Virus record (IMG/VR): IMGVR_UViG_3300009181_004605
Coordinates: 5,133-69,132 of that record
DNA: 64,000 bases
From: a virus
Reading direction: 5' to 3' (one strand)
The notes below the pieces were generated by a model. That model made no database searches. It worked only from the letters and a program-made list of their open reading frames with translations, and was not told the origin of the DNA. Shown piece after piece: positions 18,810-27,599 of this stretch. How positions within the stretch are numbered: position 1 is the first letter of the stretch; each line of letters begins with the position of its first letter. The position numbers were made by a program, and so were the translations under genes.

Positions 18810-20133
18810 ACCATTCTAATAGATTGGGAAATGTTTGGGCAAAGTTTTTACCACGACGTTGATCGTATTGTGTGTAAAATTGTTTGAAATCATTGTGTAG
18901 CTTAGGCATGTCAAATGCATCACTATGTGGGGTTTTAACTACGTCAAGATAATCAATTAATCTTTGGACCTGATTGATTTCGTGTTCGTGTAACAATTTA
19001 TTTGATGCATTAATATTTAACCAAGCTGCAAGTGTGTGTTGATATCGTGTACGAATTTCTACCGGTAACACCAAGGGGCTTTGGAAGCTGGGGAAACGCA
19101 GTATATTAAGTGTAAAACTTGGAAAATCTTTACCATATAGATGCTTTAGTTCAAGCATATGATTTAAGAAGTTTGGTAAACTGTCAAGGCATAGCGCGTT
19201 GATCGTACACATCACATGCACAGCACGAACGGTGCCACTTGTGATAAGTGTTCTCATGTTCATAAACCATTGTGCGTAATCAAGCCCATCTCTAATGTAT
19301 TCTGCTTGTGCTGAAACCGATTCACAGCTAGTATAAACTTCAACATGTGGCAATGGGCGTATAGCTTCAATAAACTCTTGTAGTTTGTCTTGCTTGAGTC
19401 CAAGATTACTGTTAATTGCAAGATGTGTAGTGCTCTTACCTTGATTAAGTTTAAACCATTCTATTAGTTTCCAAGTCTCGGCTGACATTAATGGTTCGCC
19501 ACCAGTAATGCGTAGCTCTTTAAGGGTACGATGTAGATCAGTTTCCCACCAACGAAAAAATGCATCAACATATGGATTTACTTCACCAAATTTATACAGT
19601 TGTGCGCTGTCATGCGGATGTGTGAAATGATTACGACCATCGCTTATTAGTCCGGTGTATGCTCCATTGGTTTTAATATCCTTGACCCATGTACTTGAAA
19701 ATGCAGGATTGCAGTAGCTACAAGCAAATTGACAGGTGCGATCAAATGCAATTTCTAAAGTTTGAAGATCCACATCGGCAGTTGGATCCATATCAAATGC
19801 ACGTTGTAGATCTTGTTTGCTGTAGATTTTACTTTTGTACACACGATCACTAATGTTATTACGTCCAGTGTCTTCTATTTTCCAACAGTATTCACAACCT
19901 TTTGGACGATTACCATCCTGCATCATAGCACGATCCAATTTTTTAGTTGGAGTATTGTGTATTGCTTTAGGATTTGTTTTTAATGCTTCGGTGTCGATTG
20001 CATGTGCTGGAGGGTGATGGCAACTGGTGCTTTGACCACTGCCTAACCATATGGTTGCATTATACCACTTGGCCGCGCAAAAGCTGGCACTTTTAGTGTC
20101 AAGCACGTTGCGTTTAAATTCTAAATCGTTCAT
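18796..20133 (-). CDS. radical SAM protein with N-terminal twitch domain (#5)
   Basis: CAAKW..SCHHP..CEYC, then CQFACSYC, TGGEPL. Confidence 0.9.
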   Translation of the reverse strand: MNDLEFKRNVLDTKSASFCAAKWYNATIWLGSGQSTSCHHPPAHAIDTEALKTNPKAIHNTPTKKLDRAMMQDGNRPKGCEYCWKIEDTGRNNISDRVYKSKIYSKQDLQRAFDMDPTADVDLQTLEIAFDRTCQFACSYCNPAFSSTWVKDIKTNGAYTGLISDGRNHFTHPHDSAQLYKFGEVNPYVDAFFRWWETDLHRTLKELRITGGEPLMSAETWKLIEWFKLNQGKSTTHLAINSNLGLKQDKLQEFIEAIRPLPHVEVYTSCESVSAQAEYIRDGLDYAQWFMNMRTLITSGTVRAVHVMCTINALCLDSLPNFLNHMLELKHLYGKDFPSFTLNILRFPSFQSPLVLPVEIRTRYQHTLAAWLNINASNKLLHEHEINQVQRLIDYLDVVKTPHSDAFDMPKLHNDFKQFYTQYDQRRGKNFAQTFPNLLEWYDSI

Positions 20134-21314
20134 TTGATATGTTGATTGATAAATTGGTGGAACTGATTGGGCAACTCTCTAGGAACTTGGTGACGCATCT
20201 CAGTATACAACTCTTGATTGTATTTACATACATTATAACACTCTTTGTAGAAAATTGCAAGATCTTGTTGACATAAATCTTCAACCACTTCAGCTACACG
20301 TTCAATACGATCTTGACTGTTATCTATTACGTCAAATGATTCATCAATTACATGTCCGAATGTTTTAAACCCCAGCTTATGTATGTCTCGATAAAATCCT
20401 CGATTGGCCACAGCAATAAATGGATGTCCTACAGCAACAGGTTTCCAAATCTTTTCTGTTCTAAAGCTGTATGGGTAATTAAACACTGTTTCAGTTACTA
20501 GACTAAAGTAAGTATCTCTGTATGCTGTTCCATCTACTACAGCATCGCCCCAGGTGTTGTTGAACAAATTAAATTTAACAGTACCAGCAGAGGGCAAATG
20601 ATCTATATTGTTTCTAAATGCTGGAGTTTCGTATACCTTAGGTAGGAAATGCAGATCAATCTGGCGTTCCATAACGTCCGCACCGTTGTGCTCAAACGCC
20701 AATTTGATCATATTCATATTGTTAAAATTCTGCCAACATGTTTGTGGTAGATTTTTAATTAGCACAAGATCAGTGTCAAGATTTGTCCATAGACTATGAT
20801 CTAATAATCCACTTGCTTGAAATCGCTCTAACAGATATTTTCTATGGCTACGCATACGTCCATTTAAAAATAGGAAATTGTATGGTTTATCGGTGATTGC
20901 AAAATACTCCTCGATGCGGCTGCCAGCTTCAACATTCTCATCAAAGTCAAATATCTTGGGCAGAAAATATTCATACCTCATGTAGGGCCACGTAGAAGGA
21001 TCCATGTCGCCACCACCAATTAACAGTATACGGCCTTCTTCTATTAGGTTAATTAGGCCTTTGACAAAACACCAAGTAACCAGAGTTTCTGACCCTTCTG
21101 CGGCATTGTCTAATATCACAGTTACCTGGCCACTACGAGCCAGTTCTTGTATTTCATAATTGTAATTGTTGACCTGTTCACGACATATGATATACACAGC
21201 ACCGGGCACTATTTCATGCTGTCGAAGATCCCAAAATTCGTCGTCGGCCCAGGGCAATAATTCTCTATAGATTTCGCTATGTGTGTCTAATATAAGTTTA
21301 TGATTGCCGAGCAT
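20130..21314 (-). CDS. glycosyltransferase-like protein (GT-B/GT10-like C-terminus)
   Basis: FLFLNGRMRSHR, SLVTETV..TEKIWKPV..HPFI..GFKTF..IDESFD; paralog of 8738-9862. Confidence 0.5.
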   Translation of the reverse strand: MLGNHKLILDTHSEIYRELLPWADDEFWDLRQHEIVPGAVYIICREQVNNYNYEIQELARSGQVTVILDNAAEGSETLVTWCFVKGLINLIEEGRILLIGGGDMDPSTWPYMRYEYFLPKIFDFDENVEAGSRIEEYFAITDKPYNFLFLNGRMRSHRKYLLERFQASGLLDHSLWTNLDTDLVLIKNLPQTCWQNFNNMNMIKLAFEHNGADVMERQIDLHFLPKVYETPAFRNNIDHLPSAGTVKFNLFNNTWGDAVVDGTAYRDTYFSLVTETVFNYPYSFRTEKIWKPVAVGHPFIAVANRGFYRDIHKLGFKTFGHVIDESFDVIDNSQDRIERVAEVVEDLCQQDLAIFYKECYNVCKYNQELYTEMRHQVPRELPNQFHQFINQHIK

Positions 21315-22695
21315 GATACTTACATTCTGCCCACCATGAGCTCATTTCTGGAAATACAGTTAAGAAGTTGGTACCGTGTCTGCGGTCTGATTCCGTAAAG
21401 AAGCGATAAAAGTCTGCTTTATTTTTATTAAGATATACTGGATCTAACTTCTGTCCATCACGCATCCAAGCAATGTCGCGATCAAGACGTGCCAACTCAT
21501 AATCTTTAAATCCTTTAAAAGGAGCTTCTTCTGTTTCTAATTGTCGAATCATCCAAGCCCATATTAGTTCTAATTGATCTGCATAGCTTTCTGGTAACAA
21601 CTGTAGACTTTGCCACGTAGGTTGACGTAATACTGGAGTATCAAACCAGATACGTTGATAGGTATTGCTGTATAGATGTCGTAAGCCCAGTATAGCTGCA
21701 AATAAACTACCAAGCCCTGTAACAGATAGATTATTCATTGTAACAATGAATGTGATACTGTTACGTCCAGGAATTTCTGTTAAAAATTGATTAACTCGAT
21801 CCCATAACAGATTAAAATCTAATCCATTCCGTATATATTCTGCTTGTGATCCAAATGAATCTAAACTTACATATTGCATAAAATGTTCAACATTGTCTTT
21901 TTTACATAGGCGCTTGACATATCTAAGATATTTTTTCCAGCTTTTTTCATCGACTGAAAAGTTACTGGTAACATTTAAATGCAGATCTGGCTTTGGATTA
22001 GCTAACACATAGTCAAACACACGATAGGTATTTTTATCAAGCAATGGTTCGCCGCCAGTCATGCGGAAATGTTTTAGCTGTGGATATAGTTCAGGCCACC
22101 ATGCCCAGAATGCATCCACATAAGGATTAGGTTGTGAGTGTGGTATTGGCTTACGACTTCCTGCGAAATGTTCTGGAGCATTATGTGGTGTTGAAGTTGG
22201 GTAGGCTCCATGTCGATCTATTTCCTGCTGCCAAGTACTGCTGAACTGTGGACTGCAATAGCTACATTTAAGATTACAAGCATTGTTGAAATTAACTTCT
22301 ACATAACTAGGAATAACATCTTCGTCACCAGTTGAATTTTTAATAGCATCAAAATCTGCAGCAGCCCATGGTTCTCCAGAACGGTAGTGTCTATCACTAA
22401 GTTTGCCATTATCTTCCATATTCCAGCAGTAGCTACATTCTGCTGGACGTTCTTGTTTTAACATAATCTTACGTTGCTCTTTTTTGTATGCGGTATTATG
22501 TAATGCAGATGGATTGGACTTAATCGCAGATGGATCTATAGAATGTAGGGGAGGATGGTAACATGAGTTATTAAGCCCAGTTGGTAAGTGTAAGCTTACC
22601 TGTTTCCATTTAGCTAAACAAAGCGCATGTCCAAGTTTATCATGCATCGTTTCGGCATCGTTTAAAAACTTTGATTTAAAGTCGGGTGTTGTCAT
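21298..22695 (-). CDS. radical SAM protein with N-terminal twitch domain (#6)
   Basis: CLAKW..SCYHP..CSYC, then CNLKCSYC, TGGEPL; close paralog of #5; ATGA-coupled start at 22695. Confidence 0.9.
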   Translation of the reverse strand: MTTPDFKSKFLNDAETMHDKLGHALCLAKWKQVSLHLPTGLNNSCYHPPLHSIDPSAIKSNPSALHNTAYKKEQRKIMLKQERPAECSYCWNMEDNGKLSDRHYRSGEPWAAADFDAIKNSTGDEDVIPSYVEVNFNNACNLKCSYCSPQFSSTWQQEIDRHGAYPTSTPHNAPEHFAGSRKPIPHSQPNPYVDAFWAWWPELYPQLKHFRMTGGEPLLDKNTYRVFDYVLANPKPDLHLNVTSNFSVDEKSWKKYLRYVKRLCKKDNVEHFMQYVSLDSFGSQAEYIRNGLDFNLLWDRVNQFLTEIPGRNSITFIVTMNNLSVTGLGSLFAAILGLRHLYSNTYQRIWFDTPVLRQPTWQSLQLLPESYADQLELIWAWMIRQLETEEAPFKGFKDYELARLDRDIAWMRDGQKLDPVYLNKNKADFYRFFTESDRRHGTNFLTVFPEMSSWWAECKYHARQS

Positions 22696-23387
22696 ACTAA
22701 TAAATCCCATACTTTATTAAAAACTTCATCATCATAAAATTTTAATTCTTTTTGCATAGTACTTGAAAAAATATCTGTTCCTGTTCTGATATCAATGATA
22801 GTATCAGCGTGGGACAGGTCTATTGGATATTTAGAATAGTAATCCAGATGCCAGTCTATTATATCGTTCGCAGAATCGATTTTGTTAATATATTCATTTT
22901 TAATAGTGTTTAGCGGCACATCTGATTGATAAGGTGACAAGATTTTTTTTAAATCTTGATTAACTTCGTGTACTATCTCAATTGGCAACTTATTAAAATC
23001 TGCTATGCTCAAACAATCAGGCCAACTGCTATCTTTAATTATGTTATAATGAACAATTCTATCTATGATAGGCTCGATCTTTTTTTTAACGTGACGAGTA
23101 TGCCCTTCGAGAATCCATTCACGTTGCAAACATTTATTCAAGTCACCTAAAATTAAACAGATACTATGTTTGGGGAACTTAGATATAATATAACGAGAAT
23201 TTAAACAATGCGTTAATATATATTCTTGCCCTTTATCTACAATATCATCTAATAGATACCGGTTTTCAAAATACTGGGGAGTATTTACTTTACTGTCGTA
23301 TGTTACATTTGATTCTTGCCATTCTAAATTTTCCAACATACGTAGATATCGATTACCACCTGCACCCGGATAAAATGCAATAATCAC
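22692..23387 (-). CDS. hypothetical protein, possible P-loop/sulfotransferase-like fold
   Basis: N-terminal IIAFYPGAGGNR glycine loop; AT-rich; GTG start. Confidence 0.5.
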   Translation of the reverse strand: MIIAFYPGAGGNRYLRMLENLEWQESNVTYDSKVNTPQYFENRYLLDDIVDKGQEYILTHCLNSRYIISKFPKHSICLILGDLNKCLQREWILEGHTRHVKKKIEPIIDRIVHYNIIKDSSWPDCLSIADFNKLPIEIVHEVNQDLKKILSPYQSDVPLNTIKNEYINKIDSANDIIDWHLDYYSKYPIDLSHADTIIDIRTGTDIFSSTMQKELKFYDDEVFNKVWDLLV

Positions 23388-23390
23388 AAG

Positions 23391-24317
23391 TTACCAACCT
23401 TCTTGATTTCTAATTACATCAATCTCACGCGTCATAATACCAACATTGTGCCAATTGCTGCGATAATGCTGTTTGAAGAATTTGCTGCTATTCTCGTCTA
23501 ACATAGTAATTGGCAAACCAAGTTGCGTAACCAAATCTTCAGATACACGACCTGCTAATAAATCTGGGTCTGAATCCTGCACTGTGCCCCACAACTCAGC
23601 TAATGCATCAAAATCTTGAACCGTTGTATGATCCCAGGAAGTGAGCATGGTCATGTAAGTACCCATCCTGGCGCCGGCTATACTCCAACTTCCGTGCTCT
23701 ACATCACGGCCAACGTTGTGCCATATAGTAAGATGATCAAGATTACGCTGATGCACTTGAGTTTGAAATTCTGCTAATGTTGGCTTTACTCCCTTATTCA
23801 AGCACATCTTAACACCTTCCCTAAATCCTGCGCGCCAAGCATGATAGGATGATTGATCGGGATAGGTTGTGCTATAGCAATCATGCATGGGCCAATACAA
23901 CGGATCAAAGCAAAACTCTACTTGGGTTTCGGCTCGGCCATCTGTGGCTTCATGTGTTTGCATACGGTTAACAAAGTTTTTTGTCCAACTACTTATTCCA
24001 CCATTGCCGTACATGAGTCCATTTATATGATTACGGGCACGCCAACGATATACAGCCTGTTGCCATTCTGCAGTGGGAAATTCCAATGAAAGATTAAAAA
24101 ACTTTAGATCAGGCATGTTGTCGCCGTCAATTAGGATAAATCGATCAGTTGTGCTGGCTGCTGCTGCTGCTTTATGTGCTGCGTCACTGCCCCTAATCCC
24201 ATCAACTCGTTTGGCCCATGGGATCATATGTCGAATTTTAATCCAGAATTCTTCTCTATTTGGTTCATCAAATGTAAGGAAAATTACATCAAGATCGGCA
24301 ATATCAATTTGTGTCAT
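23391..24317 (-). CDS. GT-A-like glycosyltransferase
   Basis: DVIFLTFDE, RVDGIRGSDAAHKAAA, DxD (IDGDN), NGLMYGNGG, AWRAGFREGVKM. Confidence 0.6.
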   Translation of the reverse strand: MTQIDIADLDVIFLTFDEPNREEFWIKIRHMIPWAKRVDGIRGSDAAHKAAAAASTTDRFILIDGDNMPDLKFFNLSLEFPTAEWQQAVYRWRARNHINGLMYGNGGISSWTKNFVNRMQTHEATDGRAETQVEFCFDPLYWPMHDCYSTTYPDQSSYHAWRAGFREGVKMCLNKGVKPTLAEFQTQVHQRNLDHLTIWHNVGRDVEHGSWSIAGARMGTYMTMLTSWDHTTVQDFDALAELWGTVQDSDPDLLAGRVSEDLVTQLGLPITMLDENSSKFFKQHYRSNWHNVGIMTREIDVIRNQEGW

Positions 24318-24657
24318 AGTTCTTTAAACTCCACTGTGTATGTATCTGTGCAGCATCCACCACCACACATATATCTTGAGGATCGCAACAGGTCCCTGGG
24401 GATATTGGTACTAGCTTTTTTGACTGCGAGTTAATATCAATTTTTACCAATTGTCCGGCTACTACACGAACCGTCATCGATGCGGTTACATAAACTATTG
24501 GATCTACATCTATATATAATCCAGGCAGATCCTCCATAGTGTAGAATAATGGCATACCTTGTGCATCATGGTATAATCGTCGAAATATTACAGCTGGCGT
24601 ATCATGTGCCCAGTTATTAAATACTGCCCAAAAATTATCAGTGGTTTCGTTGCTCAC
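24304..24657 (-). CDS. hypothetical protein
   Basis: Probable GTG start at 24657 overlapping the upstream TAG; coupled within operon. Confidence 0.6.
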   Translation of the reverse strand: MSNETTDNFWAVFNNWAHDTPAVIFRRLYHDAQGMPLFYTMEDLPGLYIDVDPIVYVTASMTVRVVAGQLVKIDINSQSKKLVPISPGTCCDPQDICVVVDAAQIHTQWSLKNYDTN

Positions 24658-25442
24658 TATATACGCCAATCTTTGATATGGTAATGTACCGCACCCCATT
24701 GGGCTATGGTATTGATACGTAACCCAGGGTTAGTATGTTCCCACACAAGTTCTTGTGTCCAGTCCGATGTCCGAGTTGGGATGATGTGTTTTTTCATATG
24801 TACCATGGTTGGTCCATAACCCGGCGGTAATATAACTGTATCTGGACCTAGAATTACTGCGGCCACTGCATACACAACATCAGTTGTAGGATCTTGCTCG
24901 GCAAACTTTAACAACTTCTTAAATTGATCCCAGTTTTCAAATATCTTGCGCACCAACTCAAAAAATTCTCGAGCTGCATGACTTGCTCGCCAATATGTAA
25001 TACCGTTGTATACATCCGGCAACTGATTTTCATCAAACACACGTCGATAGAATCTGTTGCTACTTGTTTGGTCGTAAAAATCCCTGCAACCTTGACTGAT
25101 AACTATATCGCGATGTTCAAACAATGTCCACCAATGATCAATTGGGCTGGCAATGAACATGTCAGCTTCGAGTTTTATGGTTTGACGAAACGGTGATGCT
25201 GAAAAAACTTGCCAATCATTTGATAGTTTCCAATTACTATCAGGATCTTGATCTCCGTGCGGTAATTGAACCACATGATCAAATATTGGATCTGTTATAG
25301 ATTGATTTGTCAACAAGCAAACATTTGCAGCGGGATGCCAGTCCTTTATGCTGTGAGCAAGCTGCCGAGCACAGGCTATATAATCATTGTTGGCTGTGTT
25401 GATAGCAGGGATTAGATATCCGCGTTCACTGAGAATTGGCAA
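24657..25442 (-). CDS. GT-A (GT8-like/mannosyltransferase-like) glycosyltransferase
   Basis: RGYLIPA..DY..A..LA.SI, SPFRQTIKLEADM (ExD variant of DxD), D..YA, HMK. Confidence 0.65.
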   Translation of the reverse strand: MPILSERGYLIPAINTANNDYIACARQLAHSIKDWHPAANVCLLTNQSITDPIFDHVVQLPHGDQDPDSNWKLSNDWQVFSASPFRQTIKLEADMFIASPIDHWWTLFEHRDIVISQGCRDFYDQTSSNRFYRRVFDENQLPDVYNGITYWRASHAAREFFELVRKIFENWDQFKKLLKFAEQDPTTDVVYAVAAVILGPDTVILPPGYGPTMVHMKKHIIPTRTSDWTQELVWEHTNPGLRINTIAQWGAVHYHIKDWRI

Positions 25443-26232
25443 CTATATCTCCTAGATGGCGTTTTCCCATGGCGTGGAAATCTTGACCTTGCAATGTTAT
25501 CCAGCGTGGCTGTTTTTGTGCTGTAACAAACTCCACACGGTAATTGTCTTGACTTATCTCGACTACTGTGTGCTCGGGAGTAATACTGGCAAGATTCCAA
25601 GGTATAACAGGGTAGGTAAGGACATGTCCATTAACAAAACTTTGAGCTATTGTTAGGGCATGATCGTTGCGATATGCTGATCTTGCGTTGGCATAAAGAT
25701 TTACATAGTGTGGCCAATGATCACGTACCATACGCATGCTCTTAAAAATAAGATCCGCTGTGGTGCTGCGTTGAAATAACATAACAGTGGCCCAGGACAT
25801 AGGCATACGATGTTGACCAAAATAATTAAGATCATCAAAATCTCGTAAGTTGGTTATGTCATAGGCGCGTGAATGTGCAAGGAAGTCTTGATTTGCTGAA
25901 AACAAAGTGCTGAGTTGATCACTTGCCACCACATAATCTGCATCAAGTACCAAGGTCTGCTGCCATGGTGAAATGTTATATGCATCCACACGATCAGCAT
26001 TGTACCAAATCACATTACCATCAATGTCTGCAAATTGTCTGGTGCTACCAGGTTGTGGCTGCAGATGTATAATCTGATCGAATGTATGGTCGGTTGGTAG
26101 CACATCTGCATCAGTTACAATACACACCGGAATGTTTAAATGTCGATGTATATTTTTTGCAGACCAAGCAGCAAGTGACACATAGTCGATATGCTCATTA
26201 TTGAATGCAAATATCAACGCACCGGTTGTCAT
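25426..26232 (-). CDS. GT-A (GT8-like) glycosyltransferase
   Basis: GALIFA..DY..A, SPWQQTLVLDADY (DxD), RNDHAL, HAMGK; paralog of 24657-25442; start ATG 26232. Confidence 0.65.
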   Translation of the reverse strand: MTTGALIFAFNNEHIDYVSLAAWSAKNIHRHLNIPVCIVTDADVLPTDHTFDQIIHLQPQPGSTRQFADIDGNVIWYNADRVDAYNISPWQQTLVLDADYVVASDQLSTLFSANQDFLAHSRAYDITNLRDFDDLNYFGQHRMPMSWATVMLFQRSTTADLIFKSMRMVRDHWPHYVNLYANARSAYRNDHALTIAQSFVNGHVLTYPVIPWNLASITPEHTVVEISQDNYRVEFVTAQKQPRWITLQGQDFHAMGKRHLGDIVANSQ

Positions 26233-26537
26233 CTTTGTTGTGTAAGTGTGGTGTATTCTATCAGCCAGGCATTCATTTGTTCCTGCCATCGCTGTTGGCT
26301 TAATGCCATGAGTTCTGTGGTATCGATTTTTACCGGAGTCTCGTAAAGATCTAGTAACACTGCTTCACCAATTTTACCGCATGTAAATATAGTTGCCTGT
26401 AATTCTGGACCGGCTTGCCACATACCTCCGTGACTTGCAAATAGCAGTTTAGCTTGATATTTTTCTTTTAAAGTGCGTTTGGCCGCAGCATGATCAAATC
26501 GTGCTCGCGAATGTTTAATCAATTCATCAGTATCCAT
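26229..26537 (-). CDS. hypothetical protein, first gene of the GT/radical SAM operon
   Basis: ATG at 26537 directly behind a sigma70-like promoter; ATGA coupled to next gene. Confidence 0.7.
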   Translation of the reverse strand: MDTDELIKHSRARFDHAAAKRTLKEKYQAKLLFASHGGMWQAGPELQATIFTCGKIGEAVLLDLYETPVKIDTTELMALSQQRWQEQMNAWLIEYTTLTQQR

Positions 26538-26543
26538 GTGATA

Positions 26544-26572
26544 ATTATACAGGAAAATTAGGCAAAAGTAAA
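26544..26572 (-). promoter_or_regulatory. sigma70-type promoter TTTACT-N17-TATAAT
   Basis: Minus strand: TTTACT (26572-26567), 17 nt, TATAAT (26549-26544), ATG 6 nt downstream. Confidence 0.6.
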
Positions 26573-26590
26573 GGGCCAATTGGCCCTTTA
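26569..26590 (-). terminator. terminator hairpin at the end of the tail operon
   Basis: Perfect 22-bp palindrome TAAAGGGCCAATTGGCCCTTTA followed on the minus strand by CTTTT. Confidence 0.75.
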
Positions 26591-26608
26591 TCTAAGTCGA
26601 TTACCCGT

Positions 26609-27589
26609 TTACGTAATTGCTGCCGCTATTGCAGGTGTTCCCCAGGTGCCGGTAAGATTAGTTGTTTCTGGTGGAATATACGTAACCACTGTGGCTGGTG
26701 CTGTGCCGAACGCAGTAAATGGGCTGGCAGTATCAGTACCACCTGTGATGTTATCTGCCGATCCCGCACCGGATCCTCCTGGATCCACCCACGTCGTAGT
26801 AAGTGTTAGCACTGTGGACGTTGCACTGGCCTGGATCCGTATGTATGAGCCGGTATATGGCGAGGTATCTGCATTTTGCTGGTAAATGGTAACTGGTGTG
26901 CCGGTGAGTGCATACCATCCAGTTGCAGTGGATAATGTAGTTGGTGTGCCAGTACCGTTGATCTTTTTAGTTCCAGTATAAGAAACACCATTGATCGTCT
27001 GCGCCGCGCCGGTTATGTATATCTGACCGGATAATGTATTGGCCAAATCATTCCATTCTGCATCGGCAAGTTGTCCGGTGCTGGTTTTGCTCACTGCCCA
27101 TTTAATAATACCACCGGCATTGAAAAAATACCTGGCTGCGGCAGCCGTTGTAAAGGTCACGGTGTGGGTGAAAGTAATGGTCCAGGCGGCGTTTCCCGAA
27201 CCAGTGGCGCTGGTTTTAGCAGAACTACCAGTCCATGTTTTATATTCAGTGCCGGACGATGCAGCATTGCCACGATTGGTGTTGCAATTAGTAAGATCTG
27301 TGTTAAGCGCAGCCAAGATACCGATAAGGTCGCTGGTAACTGGACCTGTTCTTGATGTTATTGTTGTGCCAGTATGTGCTGCTATGCTGGTGATCCTGCT
27401 GCATAATGCCGACCAGTTTGTGGCAGTAACAGTGCCGGCAGGAGATACAGTACCCAGCGTGGTACTTTGCCCATACCCTTTATCGCCGCTGCCAGTACCC
27501 CATAAATCGTCAACGTTAGCATCGGCTGTGGTGCTTGCAAAACCATTATAATCTGTGGCTAATATTATATTACCCGATGAATATGTCAT
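26609..27589 (-). CDS. Thr/Ser/Gly-rich virion structural (tail fiber-associated) protein
   Basis: MTYSSG..I.ATDYN, GYGQ, ARYFFNAGG; very T/S/G/A rich; last gene in tail operon. Confidence 0.65.
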   Translation of the reverse strand: MTYSSGNIILATDYNGFASTTADANVDDLWGTGSGDKGYGQSTTLGTVSPAGTVTATNWSALCSRITSIAAHTGTTITSRTGPVTSDLIGILAALNTDLTNCNTNRGNAASSGTEYKTWTGSSAKTSATGSGNAAWTITFTHTVTFTTAAAARYFFNAGGIIKWAVSKTSTGQLADAEWNDLANTLSGQIYITGAAQTINGVSYTGTKKINGTGTPTTLSTATGWYALTGTPVTIYQQNADTSPYTGSYIRIQASATSTVLTLTTTWVDPGGSGAGSADNITGGTDTASPFTAFGTAPATVVTYIPPETTNLTGTWGTPAIAAAIT

Positions 27590-27599
27590 TCTGTTATTC

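Noticed and set aside
10898-22695. Radical SAMs as QueE/7-deazaguanine or anaerobic RNR activase genes
   Set aside because: They are 400+ aa with extra Cys domains, and no queC/queD/folE/dpdA or nrdD is present in the window
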